Shown here: in pieces, positions 48,687 through 59,800 of the stretch
How the letters are laid out: every line of letters starts with the position of its first letter
How positions within the stretch are numbered: position 1 is the first letter of the stretch
Assembly (NCBI GenBank): GCA_024233835.1
Contig: JACKPC010000001.1
Location: 1,541,442 to 1,605,441, forward strand
Origin: Leptospiraceae bacterium
GTDB lineage: Bacteria > Spirochaetota > Leptospiria > Leptospirales > Leptospiraceae
Direction: 5' to 3'
Length of the DNA stretch: 64,000 bases
Notes under the pieces: generated by a model
The model's input: only the letters and a program-made list of their open reading frames with translations
Database searches by the model: none
What the model was told of the DNA's origin: nothing
Translations under genes and position numbers: made by a program

Positions 48687-49388
48687 CTATAATTCCTTTT
48701 TGTTTGTGTTTGCAGGATTATCCCGGATATACCGACGCACATTTTCCAGTTCCCGTTGGCTGCGGATAATGCGGTCATAAAACCGGGATTGCCATTGGAA
48801 ATTTGGGTTTATGGTTTCATGAATCCGTCGCGTGGATTTGGATTTAAACCCCCGGATGATATTGGATATATTTTGAATGTACATATATGAATAATGATGG
48901 ATGGTATCAATCCCCGTAGGGACGCATTGCAATGCGTCCCTACGGGACAATGCGTCCCTACGGGGCAATGAATCCCCACGGGGCAATGAATCCCCACGGG
49001 GCAATGAATCCCCACGGGGCAATGAATCCCTACGGGGCAATGAATCCCCACGGGGCAATGAATCCCCACGGGGCAATGAATCCCCACGGGGCAATGAATC
49101 CCCACGACGGGGGCGGGGATAATCAATTTGGATGATGCCGTGGATATGATCCGGCATGATGATAAATTCGTCCAGATATACATTGGGTCGCATGATAATG
49201 GTTCTGTACCATTCCTCGTGGATGATTTGTCCGATGGTGGATAATATCATTTGATGATTAAAAATATTACCCAAATAGGGTTCGCGGTTCTTCGTGCAAA
49301 TGGTGATAAAATAATACCCCGGATGGGAATAATCCCAATTTTTTAACCTTGCTGATTCGACGCGGTATTTATTATTGTATAAGGTCAT
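48687..49388 (-). CDS. REP-associated tyrosine transposase (RAYT, IS200/IS605-like Y1 HUH transposase) with internal repeat expansion
   Basis: HUH motif (MPDHIHGII). Catalytic Tyr motif (WQSRFYDRII) and C-terminal …YIRDNP. Between them an in-frame (RGDSLP)n insertion encoded by REP-derived 18-bp repeats. Confidence 0.75.
   Translation of the reverse strand: MTLYNNKYRVESARLKNWDYSHPGYYFITICTKNREPYLGNIFNHQMILSTIGQIIHEEWYRTIIMRPNVYLDEFIIMPDHIHGIIQIDYPRPRRGDSLPRGDSLPRGDSLPRGDSLPRRDSLPRGDSLPRGDSLPRGDSLPRRDALSRRDALQCVPTGIDTIHHYSYMYIQNISNIIRGFKSKSTRRIHETINPNFQWQSRFYDRIIRSQRELENVRRYIRDNPANTNKKEL
48911..49108. repeat. REP-like 35-bp hairpin (CCCCGTAGGGACGCATTGCAATGCGTCCCTACGGG) followed by 8 tandem 18-bp units (CAATGAATCCCCACGGGG)
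   Basis: Seen directly. Lies inside the RAYT ORF and keeps all six frames open across the region. Confidence 0.85.
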
Positions 49389-49416
49389 TTGATTTACCTA
49401 TAATTCCTATATCAGT

Positions 49417-49872
49417 TTAGCCCTTTTTCTTTTTCAATTCCATTAGAATTTTAAGGTCCCATTTGTCCTGCTCTCTTTCTGTTTGCTTACTTTTAATTAA
49501 AGAATCCAGACCCAAATATGGAATTTCTAATTTATCTAATTCTAAAATACATACATCTTTCATTGCATCATCGTAAGTTAAAGACCAGGCACTGAGCAAA
49601 ATGTCTAACTCGGGTTCATCATATATTTTAATCACAATATTCTCTAAAAAGTCTTCAACTGTAACTTTTTCTAAATGAGGATATAATTCCTCGATACAGG
49701 AAATCACATTTTGAATGTTCTTTCTGTCGTTTTGAATTAACACGTCAATATCTTCTGTGGCGCGTACATACCCATGAAAAGAACAGGCTCTTGCACCCAC
49801 AATTACAAACTTAACATCATGCTTCTTTAGCAAAAAACAAACTCTTTGGATCTCATTCATAATGTTCCACAT
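49417..49872 (-). CDS. nucleotidyltransferase-fold protein (MNT-like), paralog of 50295-50837
   Basis: G-A…R-x-T-E-DIDVLI (GS/x…DxD) Pol-beta NTase-like motif. 151 aa. Confidence 0.5.
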   Translation of the reverse strand: MWNIMNEIQRVCFLLKKHDVKFVIVGARACSFHGYVRATEDIDVLIQNDRKNIQNVISCIEELYPHLEKVTVEDFLENIVIKIYDEPELDILLSAWSLTYDDAMKDVCILELDKLEIPYLGLDSLIKSKQTEREQDKWDLKILMELKKKKG

Positions 49873-50038
49873 ACCTTTTGAGAGAGAATAGGTAATGTTC
49901 CTCCCAGGTACGAAATTTAAAAATCTTTCCTTTCTTCTTTTGAATGGGAGAATTCTTTTTTAATTCAGCAATCAATTTTTCCTGAACTTCGAGATTCTCC
50001 AGGGCTGTTCTTTCTTTCTTATTGCCGATGATTTTCAT
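49853..50038 (-). CDS. small hypothetical protein (61 aa)
   Basis: ORF in a tight operon (20-nt overlap with the downstream gene). Confidence 0.3.
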   Translation of the reverse strand: MKIIGNKKERTALENLEVQEKLIAELKKNSPIQKKKGKIFKFRTWEEHYLFSLKRYVEHYE

Positions 50039-50050
50039 AAGTTTTCCATC

Positions 50051-50302
50051 TCACTTTTTCTCTAAGTTCCGAAGATGCTGGATGAACTTCTCTTTTTCTT
50101 CTTCAGAAAAATCATTACCGTAATACCTCAGAAAAAGACGGATTTTGATTTCTGTTTTGCTGAGCCCCGGTGGAAAAGAAGCCAATACAATTTTTCTTGC
50201 TGCTGTGCAACTGGCAAACCCCAGCTTCATCCTTTCTTCACCGGTAAGTTTCGCATAACGTTCTCTTAGCATCTGACGTATTTCGGGTGAGGTATCATCC
50301 AT
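50051..50302 (-). CDS. small hypothetical protein (83 aa)
   Basis: ORF. 8-nt overlap with the upstream NTase-like gene. Confidence 0.35.
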   Translation of the reverse strand: MDDTSPEIRQMLRERYAKLTGEERMKLGFASCTAARKIVLASFPPGLSKTEIKIRLFLRYYGNDFSEEEKEKFIQHLRNLEKK

Positions 50303-50837
50303 TTTCTAACTCCTGTAAAAGTTCATAAACTCCGAGTTCTTTACTATATTCATTCACATAGGCTTTATCAAAATTAGAAGAGAGAAGGTTTATTAAGTCC
50401 CGTTTTTGCATTTCGGATTGAGATTTTTTCATCCAATCTAATTTGGAAAGTATTAAGTCTTCCTTACTAACCATAAACGTTTCAAAATCTTCTATTACTA
50501 CTTTAACCCTTCTTTCAAACTCTAATCGTCTATAAGCTGTTTTTTTACGCAGGATGAAGTCTATTTTGATAATACTTTCATTGTGAATGATATTGAACAT
50601 TTTATTATTCTCAATAGCCAATTTGATAGCATCAGGATCAATATAATATACTTCAGAAAAAATTTTCTCAAGTATAGTAATATCTTCCTGCTGTAAATAA
50701 ACTACTATATCAATATCTCTGGTCATTCTCGGTTCAATATAAAAGTTCATTGCCATAGAGCCTGTAACCATAAATGGAATTTGATTCTCTATAAGTTTGT
50801 TAGAAACATCTTTTAATATTTTAATATCATCACTCAT
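50295..50837 (-). CDS. nucleotidyltransferase-fold protein (MNT-like), paralog of 49417-49872
   Basis: GSMAMNFYIEPRMTRDIDIVV motif. Shared C-terminal …Q-x-ER/KRD…DL…L segment with the 151-aa paralog. Confidence 0.5.
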   Translation of the reverse strand: MSDDIKILKDVSNKLIENQIPFMVTGSMAMNFYIEPRMTRDIDIVVYLQQEDITILEKIFSEVYYIDPDAIKLAIENNKMFNIIHNESIIKIDFILRKKTAYRRLEFERRVKVVIEDFETFMVSKEDLILSKLDWMKKSQSEMQKRDLINLLSSNFDKAYVNEYSKELGVYELLQELENG

Positions 50838-50849
50838 TCTCTAAGTTCC

Positions 50850-52328
50850 TCACTTCAAAAGCTTTTTCAAGACCTTCAATGTCTCATTTCGTTCTTTATC
50901 AAAGGCTTCGATTTCAGCAATGATTTCGGATGGTGGAGCATAGCTTTCTTCCTCGTATTCAACTTCTCTGTAGCGATTAATTGATAGGTCCCAGCCATTG
51001 GCCTCGTTTATTTCTTTTTTGGGAACTAAGAAACTCTTATCTGTCCGTTTACGTTTCTTCTCCTTAGGTAAATTAGAAAAACGTTGTATAATATCCGGAA
51101 TGTCATTATCTTTAATAGGATTACGCTTATCGTCCAAACTGTAACCATCCGCCTGCATATCATAAAACCAGATATTTTCTGTACCTCCGGTCCCGGTTTT
51201 GGTAAAATAGAGAATAGCTGTACTTACACCGGCATAGGGTTTAAACACGCCACTCGGCATAGAAATCACCGCATCGAGTTTTTGATTTTCCACAAGCTCT
51301 TTACGGATTTGCTTATGTGCTGTGGAACTTCCGAAAAGAACACCATCCGGTACTATCACAGAAGCTCTTCCACCCACTTTTAACATACGTAAAATCAATC
51401 CTAAGAATAATAACTCAGTTTTTTTAGATTTAACAATCGTTAAAATGGAGCCTTCAATTCCATCATAGTCCACACTGCCCTTGAAAGGAGGATTGGCCAG
51501 AATCAAAGTAAATTTGTCTCTATACTGTTTTGCATTTTCACTGAGTGAGTCCATTTTTTTTAGATCGGGATTTTCTATTCCGTGCAGGACCATATTCATC
51601 GCACCAATGCGAATCATGGTATCATCAAACTCAAGGCCATGAAACATGGTATCACTAAAATGCTTTCTAAACTTTTTATCATGAAACCAATCTTTATGAT
51701 TGTCCCGAAAATATTCACCGGCATTTACTAAGAATCCGGAGGTACCGGCTGCCGGGTCACAAATGATGTCCTCTCTTTTTGGTTCTACGATATCTACCAT
51801 CAGACGGATAATATGGCGTGGAGTGCGGAACTGTCCGTTTCTTCCGGCAGAAGCAATTTTGGAAAGCATATACTCATACAAATCACCCTTGGTATCCCGG
51901 TCTTTCATGTCGATTTTATCGATGAGTTGCACGACCTGATCCAGAAGTCTCGGAGTTGAAATGACAAAGGTTGCCCGTCCCATAAATTCGGCAAATGCTC
52001 CACCGGATTTACCCACCTGTTTCATGTGCTCAAAAACGGAAAGATTATCTACAGAGGATTTTGTGAAAAGTTCAAACATGGCTTCCGGGTCTTTATTTTT
52101 AAATGAATGCCAGCGAAGATTTTTTTGCTTGCTGGAGAATATTTTTACTTCCCGTGGAATGCCTAAGAGAACAGAATTTTCTTCATCGGCTAATTGGATT
52201 TCATCAATTCTGCGTAGAAAAAGGAGGTAGGTAAACTGCTCAATGACAGTTAAAGCATTGGTGATACCTCCCCAGGCAAAAGCCTCCCAGATTCTATCAA
52301 CTTGTGATTTTAATTCCCCTGTAATCAT
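50850..52328 (-). CDS. hsdM: Type I R-M N6-adenine methyltransferase HsdM
   Basis: N-terminal HsdM_N (…ELKSQVDRIWEAFAWGGITNALTVIEQFTYLLFLRR). Motif I DPAAGTSGFL. Motif IV NPPF. Confidence 0.9.
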   Translation of the reverse strand: MITGELKSQVDRIWEAFAWGGITNALTVIEQFTYLLFLRRIDEIQLADEENSVLLGIPREVKIFSSKQKNLRWHSFKNKDPEAMFELFTKSSVDNLSVFEHMKQVGKSGGAFAEFMGRATFVISTPRLLDQVVQLIDKIDMKDRDTKGDLYEYMLSKIASAGRNGQFRTPRHIIRLMVDIVEPKREDIICDPAAGTSGFLVNAGEYFRDNHKDWFHDKKFRKHFSDTMFHGLEFDDTMIRIGAMNMVLHGIENPDLKKMDSLSENAKQYRDKFTLILANPPFKGSVDYDGIEGSILTIVKSKKTELLFLGLILRMLKVGGRASVIVPDGVLFGSSTAHKQIRKELVENQKLDAVISMPSGVFKPYAGVSTAILYFTKTGTGGTENIWFYDMQADGYSLDDKRNPIKDNDIPDIIQRFSNLPKEKKRKRTDKSFLVPKKEINEANGWDLSINRYREVEYEEESYAPPSEIIAEIEAFDKERNETLKVLKKLLK

Positions 52329-52525
52329 GAATATATCCTTAAAAAATCTTCAAACTTCCGGTGGCCGTAAGCCTTCATTTTCTTCGGTGCCTGCGGATTT
52401 CATTTTTTATTTGCCATAAAAATAACTAAAACTAAATAAGTTTGGATTGCAACAAATAAATGAGAACAGAATCGAAAATAATAAACACTATTACAACGTA
52501 TCTCCTCATTTTTTCCGGGCAAATG

Positions 52526-52549
52526 CAAGCGACCCACCGATGGTCGCTT
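52526..52549. repeat. hairpin AAGCGACC-(CACCGAT)-GGTCGCTT, third member of the GCGAMCCACCGRTGGTYCGC palindrome family
   Basis: Seen directly, in the hsdM upstream/divergent region. Confidence 0.4.
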
Positions 52550-52709
52550 TCTGAAGACATTCTCCCTGAGCCGGATACTTTAATCTCCAGTTTGGATGGA
52601 AAGTGGATATTTTCCCTACTTTTTTAAACTTTTTTTAGAAGACCCTGTTCCATTTTGCATTTTTCAAACCTTTATATATAGAGCCTTAAAAAAAATCAAA
52701 GGAAGAACT

Positions 52710-53447
52710 ATGAAACGAAAATTGCTAAGCTATCTGTCTTTTTCAGTCTTACTCATTCTTTTCCTGAACTGTAGTAAATTAAAAAAGGAGAATCACAGTC
52801 TTTTGGAAATACTCCTGAGTATTCAATCTCAGTCGGAGGAAAATGCGGGGAGTTTTAATAAAAACCAAAGGGTTCCTGTTGAAAGTGATACGGATATAGA
52901 CATAGAAAAATTGGAAGACAATTCTCTGTTGTATTCCTTTGAGCTGATAGGAGGAAAAAAATATCTCTTTGAAGTATTAACAGATTCTAAATTACCCTAT
53001 AAACTTCATATTTATTTCGGAAGAGAGAAGTTGAGTTCCTATGAAAATCTATACTCCCGGAAGGCTTTTTCTTTTACCGCGAATCAGACAGGGACATACC
53101 AGCTCGGTCTTAAGTCTTCGGAAGACCCCTCGTCTTTGTGGAAACTTCTTCTTGTTTCGAAAGCCGCTCAGGGTGGAGGAATCTGTATGGATGCAGAAAC
53201 AGGAAGCTGTATGAGTTTTTCTAAAGAAACCTCAAATGAGTATAACCGCGGAGAATGTGTCTCTGATAATAATAAGAATCAATACAGCTATTATCATAAT
53301 TGCCCTGAATCGGGACGGGTAGGTTCCTGTACTTACTTTGCAGAATCCGGTCTTCGTACATGGGTATATTATAATACTTTGTATAATCGAGAAGCTGCAA
53401 GTCTTCACTGTGATAAGCAGAGTAGCGGAATTAATATTTTTCAATAA
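52710..53447 (+). CDS. lipoprotein, Cys-rich C-terminal domain (start at MKRKLL…, lipobox LFLNC)
   Basis: SD AAAGGAAG. Signal peptide plus lipobox. 8 Cys in the C-terminal 100 aa. Confidence 0.5.
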   Translation: MKRKLLSYLSFSVLLILFLNCSKLKKENHSLLEILLSIQSQSEENAGSFNKNQRVPVESDTDIDIEKLEDNSLLYSFELIGGKKYLFEVLTDSKLPYKLHIYFGREKLSSYENLYSRKAFSFTANQTGTYQLGLKSSEDPSSLWKLLLVSKAAQGGGICMDAETGSCMSFSKETSNEYNRGECVSDNNKNQYSYYHNCPESGRVGSCTYFAESGLRTWVYYNTLYNREAASLHCDKQSSGINIFQ

Positions 53448-53456
53448 GGATTAAAA

Positions 53457-53897
53457 ATGAAACGAATACTTTGTAAAATACTCATCACGTTTGGTCTGTT
53501 CCTAATCGGAACAGAAATTTTAGCCGGAGAACATAAGCTGACAATTCCGGCTTTGGGACTTGATACTTTTGCAGCTTATTCCATGCAGGAAAACTCTCTT
53601 GAGATGGAAGAAATCGGATTGAAGTTTCTCATGGAAATAGATACTTTCCGAATTTTATCTATTGGTCGGGATAAGATTCAAAAGAAGAGTGAATTCCATT
53701 TGAAAGGTTTATTTATATTCGGTTTAAATTCTTCTTCAAAACAAAAATATAAGCTTCTTTCCAAAGAGAATATGGATTCCTTTGAAATAGTTAGAAGCAC
53801 TGGAAATCTTTTGCTTTTTAAGCAGCCTCTTTATTTTCAAGTAAGAGAAATACGGCATATTTATCTTCAGATTCGTAATAAAGGAGAATCTGTATGA
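53457..53897 (+). CDS. hypothetical secreted protein (146 aa)
   Basis: Signal peptide. ATGA overlap with the giant gene start. Confidence 0.4.
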   Translation: MKRILCKILITFGLFLIGTEILAGEHKLTIPALGLDTFAAYSMQENSLEMEEIGLKFLMEIDTFRILSIGRDKIQKKSEFHLKGLFIFGLNSSSKQKYKLLSKENMDSFEIVRSTGNLLLFKQPLYFQVREIRHIYLQIRNKGESV

Positions 53898-56800
53898 AGT
53901 ATTTAGTTTATATTATATATTTATTCTGGAATATTGGAATGTTCGCTTATGACTTACCCGGACTTAGATATACCAAACCGGATATTATAAATGAAGTAAA
54001 GCCTCATATCGAAAGAGCGAATCTGGAAGAGAATGAAGTAGCCTGGAAAGAAAGTATGGAGACAGCAAAAACAAAACTATTTGAAAACTGGAATCAGGAC
54101 CTGGAAGGGGAAATTCAACAGATACTTTCCTCTATTCCTTCAACCGAAACCGGGATGGAAACAGAAATTTATACTTCGGAAATACTTAACTTTTTAAAAA
54201 TTCAAAAAGAAGCTTTATTGAAGCAATGGAACTCAGAAATGGAACAGTATATACTCGGGGAATTTTCTAACTTTTTAAATCTTCACACCGGAGGGGAAGA
54301 AGAAAAGGGAGAATCCTATGACCAGGAAGTTCTATCGATTGATGATTCTATAGCAAAAGAAATGCAGCCGGATACAGTTACGGAAGAATATTATCTAGGA
54401 AAAGATTACTGGGAAAAAAATGCAGCAGAACTTCTGGAAAGAAGAAAGAAATGGGAAGACGAATCTTTACAAACCATACAAAAAGGTATGGAGGAGTGGA
54501 ATCGACTGATAGGGGATTTGGAAACTGAAAAAGAAAAACAGGAAACCGGAATCGAAGAAAGGATTAATTATTGGAAGAATTATAAACTAAATTTGGAACT
54601 CTTACTTAAGAAGAATCGAGAAGACTTACAGGCCTATCTGGTAAATACAAGAAGTGAGATGAATCAGATGTTATCTACCGTTGATACAAATGAGGCTATA
54701 GTAGACAAGGAAGCCTTTAAGCAGTCTATCGGAAATTATTTGCAATTACAGGAAAGTCTGAATACAGCCTTAGCTTCCGGTGCTTCTCTGGAAGAGCTAT
54801 CTTTGCAAATATCAAAATATTACGATACAAAGAAATTAGAAGCTTCGAATAAAGCTGAATACTGGAAGGCTGAGAAAAGCATCACCGGAAAGATACATGA
54901 AGAAACGGTAAATTTTAATACAGATTTGGGTTATAGTAAAATCTATTGCGAAACGCTTCGAAGAGAAGGATTTGAAGATGCCTGTCCTTTCGGAACAGTT
55001 GATTCTCCCACATATAAGGCTATGAGCATGACAGAAGATGGAACCATGCTTGGCTGGCATATGGATGCTTCCACAAAAGAACTGTATTTAGGAACGAGAT
55101 ATTATTACAATACAGACTCTTATAAAATACCTATATACGGGTATTATACAGAAGTTAATAATGGTTTCTCGGAAGAGATTCACGGGCCTGTATATGATGT
55201 CAGGTTTGATAATACCGGGTTTGATATGATAAAGTATCAGGAAAATATTAGAATATTAGGTATTATAAGAAAAACGGGAACTCAGGATCTCAGTCGTTTT
55301 CTGAATGGAAATATCAGGATAGACTCACAGTCCAGCCAACTAAAAGCTAAGGATCCGGGCAGTGGAGAGTGGAGATATTTTACCGAAGCAGGAACTCATT
55401 CTTCCGAATTCAAGTATTATGGAGAAAAGATAACTATGGACTGGCAGATTCCTGTTTCGACTGCAAATGTCCGAAATGATCTAATTATAGAAACCAATTA
55501 TTCTTATACAGATAGGAATGCAGAGGCGAATGAAACATTCTGGAATAATTTGTCGCAAAAGTATTCTTCCTATGCTGAGAACTTTCGCAACCTTTCTATA
55601 GCTTTAAGCGGTATAGAAAAGAAAGTTAGTGATTTCTTGAATATTTATGATTCCAGTCTGGAAAGTCTTACAAACTATAAAGCTGAAATTGCAGAGAGCA
55701 TGAACAAAGAGATTGCCGCTCAGGTGAAGGAAAGAGATATTTGGATTGAAGAAGTATATGGCTATACACTTGATGATTTTACAAATTCAGTCGGAGAAAA
55801 TGTAAATTCTGAATACAGACTGGGGCAAAAAGAATGGGAGGATGCCTTCCGAGCCTATAGAAGAAGAGAATTGACATGGTTGGAAGAAGCTGCAAAAGAA
55901 TTGGATAAGAAAGTCTACGGGCCGAATGAGAGTGAAACAAGTCTTTTAAGTAAAATTGAAACTTCTACAAAAAGCATGAAAGAAGATATTCTGGAATCTG
56001 AAGAAAGAGTGGAAGATCTAAAGCAGTATGCTGAAACACAGAGGGATTCTTTTTACTTTAAAAGTGCAAAGGAGCTAATTGAAGAAGCTGAACTTTTAAA
56101 AGAACAGGAACTTATAAGTAATCAAAAAGCCATGCACTTATCCGAAGAGGCTCTAAATTCAAGTATAAGGGCAGAAAACTATCTTCTTGCAGAGAAGGAT
56201 TCTTTGGTTCTTGCTTCATTGATTAAATCCGAATTTGGAGAAGAAGCTTCTGTTGTAGAGCCGGATATTGAGAGGTTTCAAACCGAACAAGTTTATTGGA
56301 AAAATGAAATAGAAGGAGCGGATGGAGGTTTTGCTTATAAAAAGCGTATTCGATTAGCAGAACTGGAATTACCTGTGCTAAAGCAGAACTCTCTGGATTT
56401 ACAAAAAGCGGAGAACTTACAGGCTCAGATGATTGAAAAAGAAAAGAAATCTTTTCTTGCCCTGAATGAGAAATATAAAAAGGCTGAATCCTATTATAGC
56501 TCCTACGAAAGTGAAAAAGCAAACGCTGAGCTGGAAAATGCTGAGTATTATTATCATTTAAGTATTCGAACCCGGGAAGAAGCCAGGGAGAGTTTTTATA
56601 AGGAATATAAAGAAAATCTTAAAGATGCAGAAACATCATTTAATGAAAGTAAATTGATATATTCCTATAGTGCTATGGAGAATTATCTCAAAAGAAAAAA
56701 ATCTTTATTAGAATATGATTATGCTATATTAATCGCTCAAGTAAAAGAAGATGCTTTCAAACAGGAATCTGATTTAAACTCAGAAATTAAAGACATTCTA

Positions 56801-59800
56801 TCGAAAAGCCGCATAAACAGAACAAGGCAACAAGAGAATTTACAGGATCTCGGAGCCTTATTGGAGCTTGCTAAAAGGCTTTCGACTTCGAGTATTCCTG
56901 AAATCATGAACTGGAAAGAAGAAGCTTTACAGCTAAGCTATAAAGGTCCTATGAATCTGAATCCCAAACGATTGGATGTTTCCAATCTTTCTTACCTGGA
57001 AGCGGAATATCGGAAGGGTATCTTACACTATAATGAACTGGAAAAGCATTCCTTTCTAACAGAAGAAGAAGTGCAGTCCATTAATAGCCTGTTTGCAGGT
57101 ATGAGTGAAAGCTTAAATAGTGCCGGTAATGAGTCGATTCGAAACTACACAAACTCAATTATGGAAAAGTTAATTAGCAAAGCTAAGAATCTTGGTTCCG
57201 GTTTGCAGGATAAACTGATTAAGGAGCTAAACTCGGATGTAAAGTATAAATATTTGCGGGATAAAGGATACGAGTTTCAAAAAGTATCCTCAGATATAAT
57301 TCGGATAGGGAAAAACATAAAAAATGGGGAGCTCAATGCCTATGGTTATGCCATGGAAGAAAATACCTATGGACCGCAGTATACCTATTTACAGTTTACG
57401 ATTCAGACCGAATACAGAGTCCCGGCTTTTTCTCTTGGGAATGCAGATTCTATATTTCGGGAAGAATTTAAAGCTCTTGAATTGCAGGGGAGCTTAGAAA
57501 GTATTCAAGAATATTATAATTCAGTGGAATCCGAAATCGCTCTTTTCTTTGATAAGGCTAAAGAAATTGAAGACGCCTATAAAGCTGAGGAATTGAATAT
57601 ACAAACTCTTGAAGATAACTACATTTCATTAAAAGATAGCTATGTAGAGAACTATCAGGGTCTTGAACCAGCTTATCGCACATCCTATGACGCAAGTATC
57701 TCTGACTTCAAGAAGAGCATGGAGAGCATGGAATATACTTTTTCCGGAAAACAGGGAAAACGTGTATTGAAGGGGAAAGCGAATGTGCCAACTCCTATCG
57801 GGGTCTTGCCTATGGATATAGTTTACGGAGAGCAGACTCTGGAATTACCTTCTGATTTTACATTAGCTGATTTAAAACGTTCTTATGAGTTAAGCGGTCA
57901 GGGGAGTTCGTATGTAGCGAACACGATTCAGGAATCCAATGACGATTTTTCAAAATACCTTAGAGAAAAGATAAACGCTTTACAGAAAGTTTATGAAGCG
58001 AATGAAAGAGACAAAGAAGAAAAAGGTTTTCTTTTTGATGTGCTGAGCGGAGCTGCCGGAAGTTCCGGGAGTGTGAAAAAGGCGATTCAAACTTCCTTGA
58101 AGAATGAAGTTCAGTCGAGAGTATCGGCTCAGATAGCAAAAGATTCCGGACTTCCCACCGAATTTGTCTCAGCTTTAATGGGAGGAAAGAAACCTCAGGA
58201 AGCAGCCAGGTCTTATGTTGAATCGAAGGCTAAAACTGAACTGGCAAAAGCTTTGAATCTTCCACCGGAATTGATGATGAGCTACCTGGAAAAGAACGGT
58301 GTGGTTAAGAAAAAAGATCCACTGCGTCAATATACAAATGCCGGTAGTGCTTTACTTGTAAGCGGTGCTGCCGGTCTTGTATTGGGGCCTTCTGCCGCTT
58401 TACTTCCCCTTGCAGTAGAGGTTTTAAATAGTACTGCTTCGAAAAGCTTAGGGAAAAATAACCCCTTAACTAAGGGCGTAAATTCCTATTCAAATTTTAT
58501 GGATAGAACAGTAAGAAATGATGTAAGTGATTTCTTATATAAGAACGATCAAATAATTGATACAACTGTAACAGTAGGGGCTCACGTAACTACTGCTATG
58601 GCCTATGGAACCGCAGCCGTGGGGACGGCTTTTGCCTGGACGGGTGTGGGAGCAGGGATTGCCGCCGGAGGAGTAAGTCTGGGGATGGCAGTAAGTTCAG
58701 GTTACGCGGCCTATAAGGCTGCTCGTGGAGCTGTATTTGGTGGAACAAAGGGAGCTCTGGCCGGTGTACTTACAGCCGGTGCTACTGTTAGCCAGGTTGT
58801 TGGTGTTACTTATGATGTTTCCTATACTTATGACGGAGGTTTTGCGGGAGGTTTAGGACTCAGTCTTCCGGGAACCGGAAGCTTCCTTAGTGCCGGAGTT
58901 CGATTTGGAGAGGGAAGGAAAGCTTCCTATAGATTGGGAGCTGAATACGGAGGACTGAATCTGGGTCTAAATATGGATGGACAGCAAATCCAGTCCGCCT
59001 CTTTATCTTATGGAACAAGAGTTAGTGATGTAAAAATGAATCTGGGCTATAATTGGTCAGCTACGAATGGAAATGGACTGGGATTGAGTCTTGGGAATGA
59101 AAACGTCAAGATAGGTATAGATCACAGCGAATATGGTGGCACTGATTTTTCTCTGGATGGAAGCTTGAAGCTGAACCCTTTATTAACTACAAATGCGGGT
59201 ATAAGCTGGAATACTAAGGGAAAATGGGGTGTTGATGCGTCTATTGAATATAAGGAACAGAGAAAGCGAGGGGAATACTCTGACATATTATCTAACGGAG
59301 AATTCGGTATTCACTATGATGGTAGAAATATAAGTGCTAATTTAGATCTTGCCGGTACCAACGCATTTCGATATGAAAATGGTACTGTAATCGGAAATAC
59401 AAATTTTGCCCAGGAATTTGGTAACGCTTATTTTAAGAAACGTACTCTTGAACAGATGGAAGTGGAAAGAGAAATAAAAGAAGAGGAAGAAAGAAGGCAG
59501 GAAGAAGAACGCAGGAAAGAGTCCAGACGTAATTTCTTGAATTCCCTGGGGATTGTTGAAGAGAAAGATGAAGATGAAACCGATACAGAAGAAGATAAAC
59601 TGGAAGAAGAAAAGCGTACTCTGTCTATTGTGTATATAAAAACTACTACAGAAGAAGCGGAAGATTATATTCAGGATCTGGAAAAGAGCGGGAAGTATAC
59701 GGCTGAAGAAATAGCTGATCTAAAGAACTCATTAAAAACAGCACAGAAAAGTTGGTCGGACAAAGATAAGAGAACTGAGATGTTAGAAGCCACTAAAAAC

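Noticed and set aside
48955-49110. Possible CRISPR array
   Set aside because: The 18-bp units are contiguous with no spacers, and no cas genes are nearby. It is a REP-derived minisatellite, not CRISPR.
48809-49183. ORFs translating to (PVGIHC)n, (GNESPR)n, (GAMNPH)n
   Set aside because: Artifacts of the 18-bp tandem repeat keeping all frames open. Only the RAYT frame has conserved flanking protein motifs.
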